A stretch of 64,000 nucleotides of DNA from a bacterium (GTDB taxonomy: Bacteria; Electryoneota; JAOADG01). A program made the translations under genes and the position numbers. The notes below the pieces were generated by a model. That model saw only the letters and a program-made list of their open reading frames with translations, ran no database searches and was not told where the DNA came from. Shown one piece after another: positions 1 to 9,322 of the stretch (its first letter is position 1; every line of letters starts with the position of its first letter). The stretch is from contig OY820579.1 of NCBI GenBank assembly GCA_963681965.1, positions 3,520,001 through 3,584,000 of the forward strand. Direction: 5' to 3'.

Positions 1-183
1 GCTAGAAATGATAATACGGATCGCTCCTTGACCGAATACGTGGCTTTTTGCTCCGTCCTTTGTACCGGAAGCAATTCGGCTGAAGCCCATTTTATCGTAG
101 GATGCGTCGATTGCAGTCGAATCTTGAACTGTGAAGTGGATGTAGTCGAAGTCGATGATTCCAAGCGGATTAACCGGTGCCAT
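1..183 (-). CDS. Partial CDS (5' end), VOC-fold protein, probably 4-hydroxyphenylpyruvate dioxygenase
   Basis: Manual translation from ATG at 183 gives MAPVNPLGIIDFDYIHFTVQDSTAIDASYDKMGFSRIASGTKDGAKSHVFGQGAIRIIIS, open to the window edge. GGGGAGG RBS upstream. Resembles the HPPD N-terminus (NPLG..FDY/F..F, QG.IR). Confidence 0.6.
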   Translation of the reverse strand, partial: MAPVNPLGIIDFDYIHFTVQDSTAIDASYDKMGFSRIASGTKDGAKSHVFGQGAIRIIISS

Positions 184-420
184 ATCCCTCCCCATGAATG
201 GTGTGAATTGTGCAGATTTACCTATTAAAGATGGTACGAAATCACTGCTCGGGTGGCAAGAAAAAAACACGTCTATCCAAGAAATCGCCATTGGTTGACA
301 AATAGACCCGGTTCGTAAAGCATTGTACCCACAACAGAAATATTGAAAATCGGGAAATAGTCTTCCAATTATGCGATCCTGAGTGTATACTTTTACTCTA
401 AGCCAGAAACAGGAGTCAAG

Positions 421-2994
421 ATGACTGCAGCAGATCGTCACACCTTAATGACTTTCAATGTGATACCTCGATTGCCCGAAAAAATCGCCGGTCTCAGGGA
501 ACTTGCGCTGAATCTGCGTTGGACTTGGCACCATGAAACGATCGATTTGTTCCGCCGTCTCGATCGGAACTTGTGGGACGACGTGGGTCGTAACCCAATC
601 CGGATGTTGGGTGAATTGTCGCAGGGTCGGCTCAACGAATTTGCCTCCGACGAAGGGTATTTACTGCTCTATCAGCGGATGGTCAACGATCTGCACCACT
701 ACCTGAATGAAAATAGTTGGTATCCCAAGCGCTACGGCACAACGCCACAACCGGTGTATGCTTATTTTTCGGCGGAATTCGGTATTACCGAATCGCTACC
801 GATCTATTCCGGCGGTTTGGGAATTCTCGCTGGCGATCATCTGAAGAGCGCTTCCGATCTGGGCATTCCACTAGTCGCAGTCGGACTGATGTATCAGCAG
901 GGATACTTTATTCAGTATTTGAATCCCGATGGCTGGCAACAGGAAACCTACCCCAACAACGACTTTTATCAATTACCGGTCGAACCGTTGCACGGTAGCG
1001 ACAACCGGTGGTTGAAGATCGAAGTGGAATATCCCGGTCGAATGGTTACCGCGCGCGTGATGAAAGCTAAAATCGGTCGCATCCCGCTGCTGTTGCTAGA
1101 CACCAACATCCCGGAAAACAGTCTGGAAGACCGCAGGATCACTGATCAATTGTACGGTGGCGACAAGGAGATGCGGGTCAAGCAGGAGATTCTACTCGGA
1201 ATGGGCGGTATGCGTGCATTGAAAGCGGCAGGCTACAGCCCATCGGTCTTCCACATGAACGAGGGACACAGCGGATTTCTCGCCATTGAACGAATCCTAA
1301 CGTTACGAAAACTCGGTCTCACCTTCGCCGATGCGCGCGAGGCGGTTCGTCAGAGCTGCATTTTCACAACTCACACTCCAGTTCCGGCGGGTATCGATGA
1401 ATTCCCGGAAGCGATGATGGATTTTTATTTCCAGCATCTATTCGGACCACTTGGCGTAACGAAACAGGAATTCATGGCTCTCGGACGCTGGGATGGACAG
1501 AACGAAGGGGACTTCAACATGGCGCTGCTCTGCCTGCGAATGTCGGCACGAGCAAACGGCGTCAGCAAGTTACACGGCGAAGTATCGCGGAAAATGTTCC
1601 GCTCGGTCTGGCCCGAAGTACCGGAATGCGAGATTCCGATCGGTCATGTCACCAACGGTGTTCATGCACAGACATGGATCAGCCGCGATATGCAGGATTT
1701 ATACAACCGGTATCTTGGACTCGATTGGAACAACAAGCAGGACGATCCGGAATGCTGGTCGGCAGTAAAAGATATTCCCGACGAAGAGTTGTGGCGCACC
1801 CACGAACGTCGACGCGAACGGCTGGTGTCTTATGCGCGACGACGATTACGGCAACAGCTCGAACACCGCGGCGCACCGACATCGGAAATCGACGCAGCAC
1901 GCGAAATTCTCGATGGATCGATTTTAACGATCGGTTTTGCACGACGATTTGCAACTTACAAACGCGGCGATATGTTGCTGCACGATCTTGAACGACTGAA
2001 GAAATTGATCACCAACAGCGACCGTCCGGTACAATTCATCTTTGCCGGAAAGGCGCACCCCGCCGATGTGCAGGGGAAAGAGATCATTCGCAGGATCGTA
2101 CACTTTGCCCGCGATCCGGAGATTCGCCGCCGCTTTATGTTCATCGAAAATTACGATATGGGGGTTGCACGCTATCTGGTGCAAGGGGTCGATGTTTGGT
2201 TGAATAATCCGCGACGACCGTATGAAGCTTCCGGTACTAGTGGCATGAAAGTCGTATTCAACGGCGGTGTGAATCTCTCGGTGCTTGATGGCTGGTGGGT
2301 TGAGGGGTATACCCCCGATACCGGCTGGGCAATTGGTGCCGGTGAAGATTACACCGATTTGCAGTATCAGGATTATGTCGAATCTCATGCGCTGTACGAT
2401 GTACTCGAAAAGGAAGTCATCCCGATGTTCTATACCCGCGGGATTGATAAATTGCCGCGGGCATGGATCGCGAAGATGAAAAACTCGATCGAGATGCTCG
2501 GTCAGCAATTCAATACCCACCGGATGGTGCAGAATTATGTCGAGGGGTACTATCAACCGGCGTACCAGAGCTTTGAACAATTGACATCCAACAATTGGTC
2601 GGATCTGCGCAAGTATTCGCAATGGAAACAACGACTGCAAAAAATGTGGAGTGGAATCAACGTTCTGAAGGTGGAAACCGATCAAAAATCGGAATGCCAG
2701 GTAGACGACCAGATCAATGTCCGTGCCCGGGTAAATCTCAGTGGATTATCGCCGGACGATGTGACGGTAGAAGTATATTTCGGAGAAGTGGATACTGAAG
2801 GGAATCTATTCCATGAAGCGACGTATCCGATGGATATGGCATCGAAACTTCCCGATGGAACGTTCCAATATGACATTGCGATCACCTGCGACGAGAGTGG
2901 TCGACACGGCTTGGCGGTGCGGGTGTTGCCGAACAATATCTGGCTAACGAACCGACATGACGCCGGATTGATTGAGTGGGCGAAAACGATGTAA
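421..2994 (+). CDS. glgP: Alpha-glucan (glycogen) phosphorylase, GT35
   Basis: YSGGLGILAGDHLKSASDLG, HMNEGH, FARRFATYKR and the PLP-lysine motif EASGTSGMK. AGGAG RBS. Confidence 0.96.
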   Translation: MTAADRHTLMTFNVIPRLPEKIAGLRELALNLRWTWHHETIDLFRRLDRNLWDDVGRNPIRMLGELSQGRLNEFASDEGYLLLYQRMVNDLHHYLNENSWYPKRYGTTPQPVYAYFSAEFGITESLPIYSGGLGILAGDHLKSASDLGIPLVAVGLMYQQGYFIQYLNPDGWQQETYPNNDFYQLPVEPLHGSDNRWLKIEVEYPGRMVTARVMKAKIGRIPLLLLDTNIPENSLEDRRITDQLYGGDKEMRVKQEILLGMGGMRALKAAGYSPSVFHMNEGHSGFLAIERILTLRKLGLTFADAREAVRQSCIFTTHTPVPAGIDEFPEAMMDFYFQHLFGPLGVTKQEFMALGRWDGQNEGDFNMALLCLRMSARANGVSKLHGEVSRKMFRSVWPEVPECEIPIGHVTNGVHAQTWISRDMQDLYNRYLGLDWNNKQDDPECWSAVKDIPDEELWRTHERRRERLVSYARRRLRQQLEHRGAPTSEIDAAREILDGSILTIGFARRFATYKRGDMLLHDLERLKKLITNSDRPVQFIFAGKAHPADVQGKEIIRRIVHFARDPEIRRRFMFIENYDMGVARYLVQGVDVWLNNPRRPYEASGTSGMKVVFNGGVNLSVLDGWWVEGYTPDTGWAIGAGEDYTDLQYQDYVESHALYDVLEKEVIPMFYTRGIDKLPRAWIAKMKNSIEMLGQQFNTHRMVQNYVEGYYQPAYQSFEQLTSNNWSDLRKYSQWKQRLQKMWSGINVLKVETDQKSECQVDDQINVRARVNLSGLSPDDVTVEVYFGEVDTEGNLFHEATYPMDMASKLPDGTFQYDIAITCDESGRHGLAVRVLPNNIWLTNRHDAGLIEWAKTM

Positions 2995-3003
2995 TGATCG
3001 ATC

Positions 3004-3034
3004 GGGTGGGTTTCATAACCCACCCTTTTTTTTT
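3004..3034 (+). terminator. Rho-independent terminator of glgP
   Basis: GGGTGGGTT-tcat-AACCCACCC hairpin followed by T9. Confidence 0.85.
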
Positions 3035-3036
3035 AT

Positions 3037-3230
3037 GGAGGTCAGGCTTCAGCCTGACTCAGTGTTTTTGTTTGGAATTTTTTCCGACCCACAGAAATAC
3101 ATTTGCAGACATAAGAGGTGGTCAGAACAAGTTCTGACCTACGGAAAAGAAGATTCACGCAGGTTTCAGGCTAAGCTCTTTTTCTAGAATCTTGTATCCT
3201 GTAGTAGGGGCGAGTCACCGCGCCCGCCCG
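3037..3230. repeat. REP (GTAG-hairpin) cluster 1
   Basis: GTCAGGCT-TC-AGCCTGAC (3041-3058), GTCAGAAC-AA-GTTCTGAC-CTAC (3121-3142) and GTAGGGGCGAGTCACCGCGCCCGCCC (3204-3229). Related copies occur elsewhere in the window. Confidence 0.75.
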
Positions 3231-3256
3231 TTTTTTTATGTCGGCAGGAATTTCGC

Positions 3257-3285
3257 TTGGATCTGTTTTGATCCTACTGTATCAT
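3257..3285 (+). promoter_or_regulatory. Putative sigma70 promoter of the LVIVD gene
   Basis: TTGGAT-17 bp-TATCAT, about 65 bp upstream of the ATG. Confidence 0.4.
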
Positions 3286-3350
3286 ATTACTAAACCGATA
3301 ATCAAAAATCGAAACCGATTGCACTGCTATCATCGAGAAAGGAACCACCC

Positions 3351-4730
3351 ATGAAACCGCTCCGACACCTGTTGTTTTGTTTCCTCTTCGTATTGCTCTC
3401 GACGAATTTTGCGTTCGCACAGGACAGCTCCGGCGTGACCTGTCTTGGTCGATTCTGGCACACGAACTCGCAAGATGTAGCGGTTCAAGGTAATTATGCC
3501 TATGTAGCCGACGGGTATTCCGGTTTGCGAATCATCAGCATCTCCAATCCGGCAAACCCACAACAAGTAGCCATTTGCAATTTACCCGATTATGCATATG
3601 GTGTCACCGTTTCCGGCAACTATGCCTATGTCGCCGATGAAGGATCCGGTTTACGCATCATCAATATCAGCAATCCGGAAAATCCGCAACAAGTTGGGTT
3701 CTACGATACTCCCGGTTTTGCATATGGTGTCACCGTTTCCGGCAACTATGCCTATGTTGCCGATTATCATTACGGACTGCGGATTATCAATATCAGCAAT
3801 CCGGCAAATCCGCAACAAGTTGGTTTCTACGATACCCCCGGGTATGCATGTGGTGTCACAGTTTCCGGCAACTATGCCTATGTAGCCGATGGAGGATCCG
3901 GTTTGCGAATCATCAATATCAGTAATCCGGAAAATCCGCATCAAGTCGGATTCCTTGATACGCCCGGGTTTGCACGTGGTGTCACAGTTTCCGGCAACTA
4001 TGCCTATGTTGCCGATGATTACTCTGGTTTGCGAATCATCAATATCAGCAATCCGGAAAATCCACAACAAATTGGTTTCTACGATACCCCCGGTTATGCA
4101 TATGGTGTCACCGTTTCCGGCAATTATGCCTATGTTGCCGATAGAGAATCCGGTTTACGAATCATCGATGTCAGCAATCCGGCAAGCCCGCAGGAAGTCG
4201 GTTCCTACGATACCCCCGGGTATGCATTTGGAGTAACAGTTTCCGGCAACTATGCCTATGTCGCCGACGGGGATCATGGATTGCGAATCATCAACATCGC
4301 AAGTCGGGAACATCCGTATGAGGTCGGATTCTACAATACACCCAGTTACGCATACGATTGTGCTGTGGTGGGCGATACGGTTTATCTGGCAGATGGATCA
4401 AATCTCGGCATCTACGACTGCTCGCAGGCACTCGGTGTGGTCGATCGCGTCAGCGAAACGGTTCCCACTAACTTCTCGTTGAAACCGAATTATCCGAATC
4501 CATTCAATGCGACCACTGCCATCCGCTATGCGATTGCGAAGAGCGGGAAGGTCGATCTCCGTGTATTCGATGTGGCTGGCAAAGAAGTCGCGAAACTCGT
4601 GAATTTCGAGCAGGATCCCGGTGAATACACGTTTACATTCGATGGCAAGAGTCTCGCCACCGGTACCTATTTCGTCCGCCTCACCGCCGGCAAGTTCACC
4701 CAAACCCAGAAGATCGTACTGTTAAAGTAG
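3351..4730 (+). CDS. Secreted LVIVD-repeat beta-propeller protein with T9SS type A/FlgD-like C-terminal domain
   Basis: Signal peptide ending AFA-QD, eight ~42-aa repeats GVTVSGNYAYVAD...GLRIINISNP, C-terminal YPNPFN...GTYFVRL...KIVLLK. Confidence 0.9.
   Translation: MKPLRHLLFCFLFVLLSTNFAFAQDSSGVTCLGRFWHTNSQDVAVQGNYAYVADGYSGLRIISISNPANPQQVAICNLPDYAYGVTVSGNYAYVADEGSGLRIINISNPENPQQVGFYDTPGFAYGVTVSGNYAYVADYHYGLRIINISNPANPQQVGFYDTPGYACGVTVSGNYAYVADGGSGLRIINISNPENPHQVGFLDTPGFARGVTVSGNYAYVADDYSGLRIINISNPENPQQIGFYDTPGYAYGVTVSGNYAYVADRESGLRIIDVSNPASPQEVGSYDTPGYAFGVTVSGNYAYVADGDHGLRIINIASREHPYEVGFYNTPSYAYDCAVVGDTVYLADGSNLGIYDCSQALGVVDRVSETVPTNFSLKPNYPNPFNATTAIRYAIAKSGKVDLRVFDVAGKEVAKLVNFEQDPGEYTFTFDGKSLATGTYFVRLTAGKFTQTQKIVLLK
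3474..4400 (+). repeat. Intragenic 126-bp tandem repeats (8 units)
   Basis: GGTGTCAC(C/A)GTTTCCGGCAA(C/T)TATGCCTATGT recurs at 3600, 3726, 3852, 3978 and 4104, with a variant at 4230 and diverged first and last units. Confidence 0.95.
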
Positions 4731-4757
4731 TGCCGATCTCCGAATCGGCGCTTTTTT
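4730..4757 (+). terminator. Terminator after LVIVD gene
   Basis: GCCGAT-ctccga-ATCGGC stem followed by a T6 tract. Confidence 0.6.
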
Positions 4758-4758
4758 G

Positions 4759-5136
4759 GTAGCGGCGGACTTTAGTCCGCTTTCTTTTTCTTCTTTGTAG
4801 CCGCAGGCTTCAGCCTGCGTTTTTTGAATCATGTTTCCTATGGTAGGGGCGGTTCGCGAACCGCCCGATACGGGCGCGGATGCGCCCGCGGGACGTTACA
4901 ATACGCCATTACTTGAAAAGAAAAGAGTCGGAATAAATTCCGACATACGGAAAAGATGGGTGGTGGGGAAAATATATTATAAAGATACAAGATCGGGCGG
5001 GCGCGGGGACCCGCCCCTACTTCAGGATGCAAGAAAATAAATAGATAAGAACGGGAGTGCTCATGCGCCCTCCTCTACTTGGAATGTGATGAGCCGGAAT
5101 AAATTCCGACCTACTGAAAAGAAGATGCTCGCAGGC
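4759..5136. repeat. REP (GTAG-hairpin) cluster 2
   Basis: GTAGCGGCGGACTTTAGTCCGC (4759), GTAGCCGCAGGCTTCAGCCTGCG (4797), GTAGGGGCGGTTCGCGAACCGCCC (4843), GTCGGAATAAATTCCGAC (4927, variant at 5093) and GGGCGGGCGCGGGGACCCGCCCCTAC (4995). Confidence 0.85.
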
Positions 5137-5183
5137 ACAAGTCGTCATGCGGCAGATACATGATGAATACAAATAGGATTAGA

Positions 5184-6188
5184 TCACTTGCGATAGATGG
5201 TACGCGTCGCATCGAGAGCATCAATCACCTGTTCGCGCAGCGATGTCGGAGCCAGCACTTCGCAGAAGCGCTGCCACCGCAAAACCCATGCGACCAACTC
5301 TTTCGTAACTGCAACCTGAAATCGGAGGATGATCGCACCATTTCCCTCATCGGAAATAGTCTGTGATGGGTGCCAGATTCGCTCGCGAATCGTGTCGGAA
5401 ACCGGCAATGTAAATTTCAATTCGATCTGTTCCGGTTTATGTTCGGGACCGCCGATCAAACCGATCCGATTGGCAAGCAAGCTGTCTGAGCGAAAGTCGG
5501 GATCGCGTTTGAACCGTTCTTCGAGTAGTTCCAACGACAGCATCCGGTGGAAGGGGAGCGTGAGAAATTTCTGATGCCGTTCCGAAAACGCAACGGCATA
5601 TAATGCTTCGGCAAACAGCAGTACGAGATACGGATTCAATGTCATCGTTGAAGCCTTCTCGCTAGCCGGTTTGCGATACTTGATTAGTACGCGCTGGGTT
5701 TTCGAGATGGCTGTCAGAAATGTGTCGATTTTAGTAGTATGGGTTCGGTAATCGATCGAACCATTTTGCAACAAGAGAAAAGTACTGTGGTCGCGATCGT
5801 GCCACTGCTGGATCGCATCGACTGGAAGCGATGTCCGCAACCGCTCCTGCAACCGCTTGACACCATTGGCAAACGGAGTATGTTGTACCGTTTTGGACAA
5901 TTCATCGAGTAGCAGAACTGCCGTAATCTCTTCGGCACCGAGTAACGACGGAACGGCGGATTTGAGCGGTTCCTGAAGCATCCAAATCCGCTCGTTACCA
6001 CTGCCGGGACGATCAATCAGCGGGACATTCGCCGCGGAAAGTCTCTGTAGGTCACGTTCCAGCGTCCGGCGCGAGACCTTGCGTTCGAACAACGTATACA
6101 ATTCCGAGACCCGCACTTCGCGGGATGCGATGAGTCGGGTCAAGATCTTCAGACAACGTTCCAGAACCTGTGTTTCGGTGCGTTCCAA
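5184..6188 (-). CDS. WYL-domain transcriptional regulator (wHTH-WYL-WCX, PafBC/YafY-like)
   Basis: N-terminal HTH (VSRRTLERDLQRL), WYL core (IKYRK..LNPY.V...ALYAVA...LTLPFHRM) and WCX tail (ELVAWVLRWQRFCEVLAPTSLR). Confidence 0.9.
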   Translation of the reverse strand: MERTETQVLERCLKILTRLIASREVRVSELYTLFERKVSRRTLERDLQRLSAANVPLIDRPGSGNERIWMLQEPLKSAVPSLLGAEEITAVLLLDELSKTVQHTPFANGVKRLQERLRTSLPVDAIQQWHDRDHSTFLLLQNGSIDYRTHTTKIDTFLTAISKTQRVLIKYRKPASEKASTMTLNPYLVLLFAEALYAVAFSERHQKFLTLPFHRMLSLELLEERFKRDPDFRSDSLLANRIGLIGGPEHKPEQIELKFTLPVSDTIRERIWHPSQTISDEGNGAIILRFQVAVTKELVAWVLRWQRFCEVLAPTSLREQVIDALDATRTIYRK

Positions 6189-6246
6189 CGACGATCCTCG
6201 CAGTGAATAGTGACTTGCCGATTACATAATAAGCACAAAAATGAAA

Positions 6247-6270
6247 AAAGCGCAGATGACTCTGCGCTTT
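6247..6270 (-). terminator. Terminator of the response regulator gene
   Basis: AAAGCGCAGA-tgac-TCTGCGCTTT palindrome with an A-run on its left (T-run on the minus strand). Confidence 0.7.
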
Positions 6271-6290
6271 CAAAAATCTATCGAACAATA

Positions 6291-6683
6291 TCAATCGCGA
6301 ATGATACCACGCCAGCGTTCCATTTTCTCGAAAGCGTCACCGACGTTCTTCAGCAAGGTTTTCAGTTGGAACGGTTTGGCAAAGAAATCGTTGAATCCGG
6401 CTTCGAGTGCATCGACCAAATGGAACATCGAGGCATATCCGGAGATTGCGTAGATGGTCGCTGTCGGGTTCTTCTTGCGGATAATCCGGCACAACTCCAA
6501 GCCATTCATACCGGGTAAATTCAGATCGAGAATAAACAGTGGATAAGACTCTTCTTCCAATACTTCCAGAGCTGCTTCGGCAGATTCCACGGCACGAATA
6601 GCATATCCCGACAAGCGAAATGCTTCGATCAATAATTCTCGAATATTCAGCTCATCGTCTACGACTAAAACTTTGCGTTCCAT
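6291..6683 (-). CDS. Single-domain response regulator (receiver only)
   Basis: VLVVDDE, phospho-Asp in ILDLNLPGMNG, ISG and FAKPF motifs. Confidence 0.92.
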   Translation of the reverse strand: MERKVLVVDDELNIRELLIEAFRLSGYAIRAVESAEAALEVLEEESYPLFILDLNLPGMNGLELCRIIRKKNPTATIYAISGYASMFHLVDALEAGFNDFFAKPFQLKTLLKNVGDAFEKMERWRGIIRD

Positions 6684-7163
6684 TCACGAAACCTTTTTTA
6701 AAAAGTGTCCTGCAATCACCGAATTCTCGAAGTCTGCTCTTCTCTATTCGGCAGCTCGCATCACAAGCTTAACCAAGAATCGAGAATAAAGTGATTTTTC
6801 AATATTAAGCAAAACAAACAAAGATCAATCGCTAAAGCACACAGCATCGCTTTCTAAGCTTATAACTTTGAAAGCTAATCGATTTTATCACCGAATCCAA
6901 ACGTAATGCTCGATTTTTAGCCAGATATCGCGAATTTATCGTGTTCATGAACACATGAAGAAATCGGATCCGGCTGGTAAACGATTTAGATAATAATAAT
7001 CAAGCTCGAGCACAATTACTCAAAAATTGCTATTTTCATCATGGATGAACTATTTGCCTATGCTCCCGATATCGGATATACTACTTTCGATCGCAATTTG
7101 TTTCCCATTATTGGAAGAATGACAAGATTTCGTAACATTCAAAAAACATGAAAGGATCTTCCG

Positions 7164-7808
7164 ATGAAATTGAATGACCAATCGACCGGTAGAATATTGT
7201 TAGGAAGCTTGTTACTGGCTGTTTTATCGGTTTTTCCGATTACCGTATTTGCCGGCGAACAAACTGCGGGTAAAACCGATCAGCTAATTTCGGCGAAAAT
7301 GAATAAAGAGATGATGGATCGGTGGCAAAAGTACGCCACACCCGGTGCCGAACATGACCGATTGGCAAAAACCGCGGGGAAATGGAAGACCGAAATCAAG
7401 ATGTGGATGGATCCCAGTGCACCTCCTTCGATCAGCAAAGGAACGAGTGATCGAACGATGGTACTTGACGGGCATTATCTGGAAATCACTTATTCCGCAA
7501 TCATGGGCGGTATGGATTTCAAAGGGATGGGTATTCTAGGGTTCGATAAATTCAAAGAAATGTACACCATGACATGGATGGACAATATGGGCACAGCCAT
7601 TGGTATTTCTTATGGGAAAGCCGACCCGAAGACGAATGAAATTATCCTCCGTGGGAAAGCCGACGAACCAATGACCGGTGAAAAAGATAAAGATATCCAA
7701 TACATTATCCGATCGATCGACGAAGACCATTTTGTCTTCGAAATGTACGACACGATCCAAGGGAAACTAGAAAAAGTCGGAGAAATTGCCCACGAGCGGA
7801 TCAAATAG
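7164..7808 (+). CDS. Exported DUF1579-family protein
   Basis: Signal peptide, YATPGAEHDRLAKTAGKW and WMDNMGT motifs typical of DUF1579. Confidence 0.8.
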   Translation: MKLNDQSTGRILLGSLLLAVLSVFPITVFAGEQTAGKTDQLISAKMNKEMMDRWQKYATPGAEHDRLAKTAGKWKTEIKMWMDPSAPPSISKGTSDRTMVLDGHYLEITYSAIMGGMDFKGMGILGFDKFKEMYTMTWMDNMGTAIGISYGKADPKTNEIILRGKADEPMTGEKDKDIQYIIRSIDEDHFVFEMYDTIQGKLEKVGEIAHERIK

Positions 7809-7827
7809 CCTGATTATTATCTAAGCG

Positions 7828-7857
7828 AAGCCGGGACATTGTTTCCGGCTTTTTTTT
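7828..7857 (+). terminator. Terminator
   Basis: AAGCCGG-gacattgttt-CCGGCTT followed by a T-run. Confidence 0.75.
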
Positions 7858-8078
7858 ATTGAATCCTTATTCCCAATCCCTAACACCCTATCCCCAATCC
7901 CTGATTTTCGGTGTATAATCCTGTAACATCGGGCTTTCCGAGGGAGTTGTGGATCGCAAATTTCTAGCCGATATTGATAGGTTTCCATTCTACACGGGTT
8001 TTGTGCCCATCCCCCGGTTTGGTCGCATCTCCCGCCTAATCTCCGCAATCTTCAATTTCGGTAAGGTAGATTTGAACA

Positions 8079-9218
8079 ATGAAAGATATTCGCAACGAAA
8101 TTCTCGCCAAACAGTTAATCGATTATTCGATCGCAATGCAGCCCGGTGAAATCCTCTATTTAGAAATGAAGGGGAAAGAGACACTGGAACTGGGTAAAGA
8201 AATCATCCGCCACGCTACCGCCAAAGGGGTCACGCCAGTCTGGTTCTACAACGACGAATCGATTCTCCGTAATTTCCTCGGGGCGGCATCGGAAGCGCAA
8301 TTCAAGCAAGCTGCCGATATGCATCTGCACTGGATGCAGAAAGCGCACGGCTACATCGGTCTGCGCGGTTCCGACAATCCATTCGATCTCGCCGATATCG
8401 ACAGCAAACAACGAGTAATGTGGAACAAGTTGTTCGTTCATCCGGTACATATGGAAGAGCGCGTCAAACGCACCAAATGGGTAGTATTACGCTATCCGAA
8501 CAACGCTATGGCGCAATTGGCGGAAACGTCACAAGAGAAATTCGAAAAGTTCTATTTCGAAGTTTGCTGTGCCGACTATGCTAAGATGTCGAAAGCGGAA
8601 GACAAGTTGAAGGCATTGATGGATGCCACCGACAAAGTACGGTTGGTCGCACCCGGCACCGATCTTCGATTTTCCATCAAAGGTATCAATAGCATCAAGT
8701 GCGACGGCAAGTGCAATATTCCCGACGGTGAAGTATACACGGCACCGGTTCGCGATTCGGTCAATGGCACGATTGCATACAACACCCCATCGCTGCATGA
8801 AGGTACTGTTTACAACGATATCTCGTTGACTTTCGAAAACGGGAAAATTATCAAAGCTACTTGCTCCGGCGACAACGAGAAGTTGAATAAAGTATTCGAT
8901 ACCGATGAAGGCGCACGCTATGTTGGCGAATTCGCAGTCGGCGTCAATCCGTTCATTCTCCATCCGATGAAAGATACGTTATTCGACGAGAAGATTGCCG
9001 GATCAATTCACTTCACACCGGGTCAGTGTTACGATGAAGCACCGAACGGCAATTCATCGGCGATCCACTGGGATCTTGTGTTGATACAACGTTCCGATTA
9101 CGGCGGCGGCGAGATCTGGTTCGACGACAAATTGATTCGCAAAGACGGTGTGTTTACCGATCCGGATCTGGAAAATGAATTTTCAAAAGAGAATTTAAAA
9201 AGTTCCATTCAGTTTTAA
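8079..9218 (+). CDS. Aminopeptidase, M29 family (aminopeptidase II/AmpS-like)
   Basis: NIPDGEVYTAP, GARYVGEFAVG, TLFDEKIAGSIHFTPG and SAIHWD metal-ligand motifs. Confidence 0.93.
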   Translation: MKDIRNEILAKQLIDYSIAMQPGEILYLEMKGKETLELGKEIIRHATAKGVTPVWFYNDESILRNFLGAASEAQFKQAADMHLHWMQKAHGYIGLRGSDNPFDLADIDSKQRVMWNKLFVHPVHMEERVKRTKWVVLRYPNNAMAQLAETSQEKFEKFYFEVCCADYAKMSKAEDKLKALMDATDKVRLVAPGTDLRFSIKGINSIKCDGKCNIPDGEVYTAPVRDSVNGTIAYNTPSLHEGTVYNDISLTFENGKIIKATCSGDNEKLNKVFDTDEGARYVGEFAVGVNPFILHPMKDTLFDEKIAGSIHFTPGQCYDEAPNGNSSAIHWDLVLIQRSDYGGGEIWFDDKLIRKDGVFTDPDLENEFSKENLKSSIQF

Positions 9219-9322
9219 GATTGTACTGCCGGTTTGATTGACTTAAGCCGGCAATTTTATTAGCAGCAGACATCGTTTCTGCTCAAACATCGATTACACC
9301 AGTGGGTTACTTCGAGGTTGTC

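Noticed and set aside
1924-2685. Long antisense ORFs (also 27849..28589, 46860..47528)
   Set aside because: They are shadow frames of well-supported genes on the opposite strand.
3474-4400. DGR target or template explanation for the LVIVD variability
   Set aside because: No reverse transcriptase or separate template repeat is in the window, and the variable codons often end in A/G rather than being AAY-derived.
4831-5040. Short ORFs over REP clusters (also 2972..3187, 26790..27104, 30043..30318)
   Set aside because: They are translations of REP DNA with no RBS or family motifs. Shared peptides such as WSEQVLTYGKED simply reflect the repeat.
4759-5136. Palindrome clusters as a CRISPR array
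   Set aside because: Units differ in sequence and orientation, spacing is irregular and no cas genes are present. The GTAG-hairpin pattern fits REPs.
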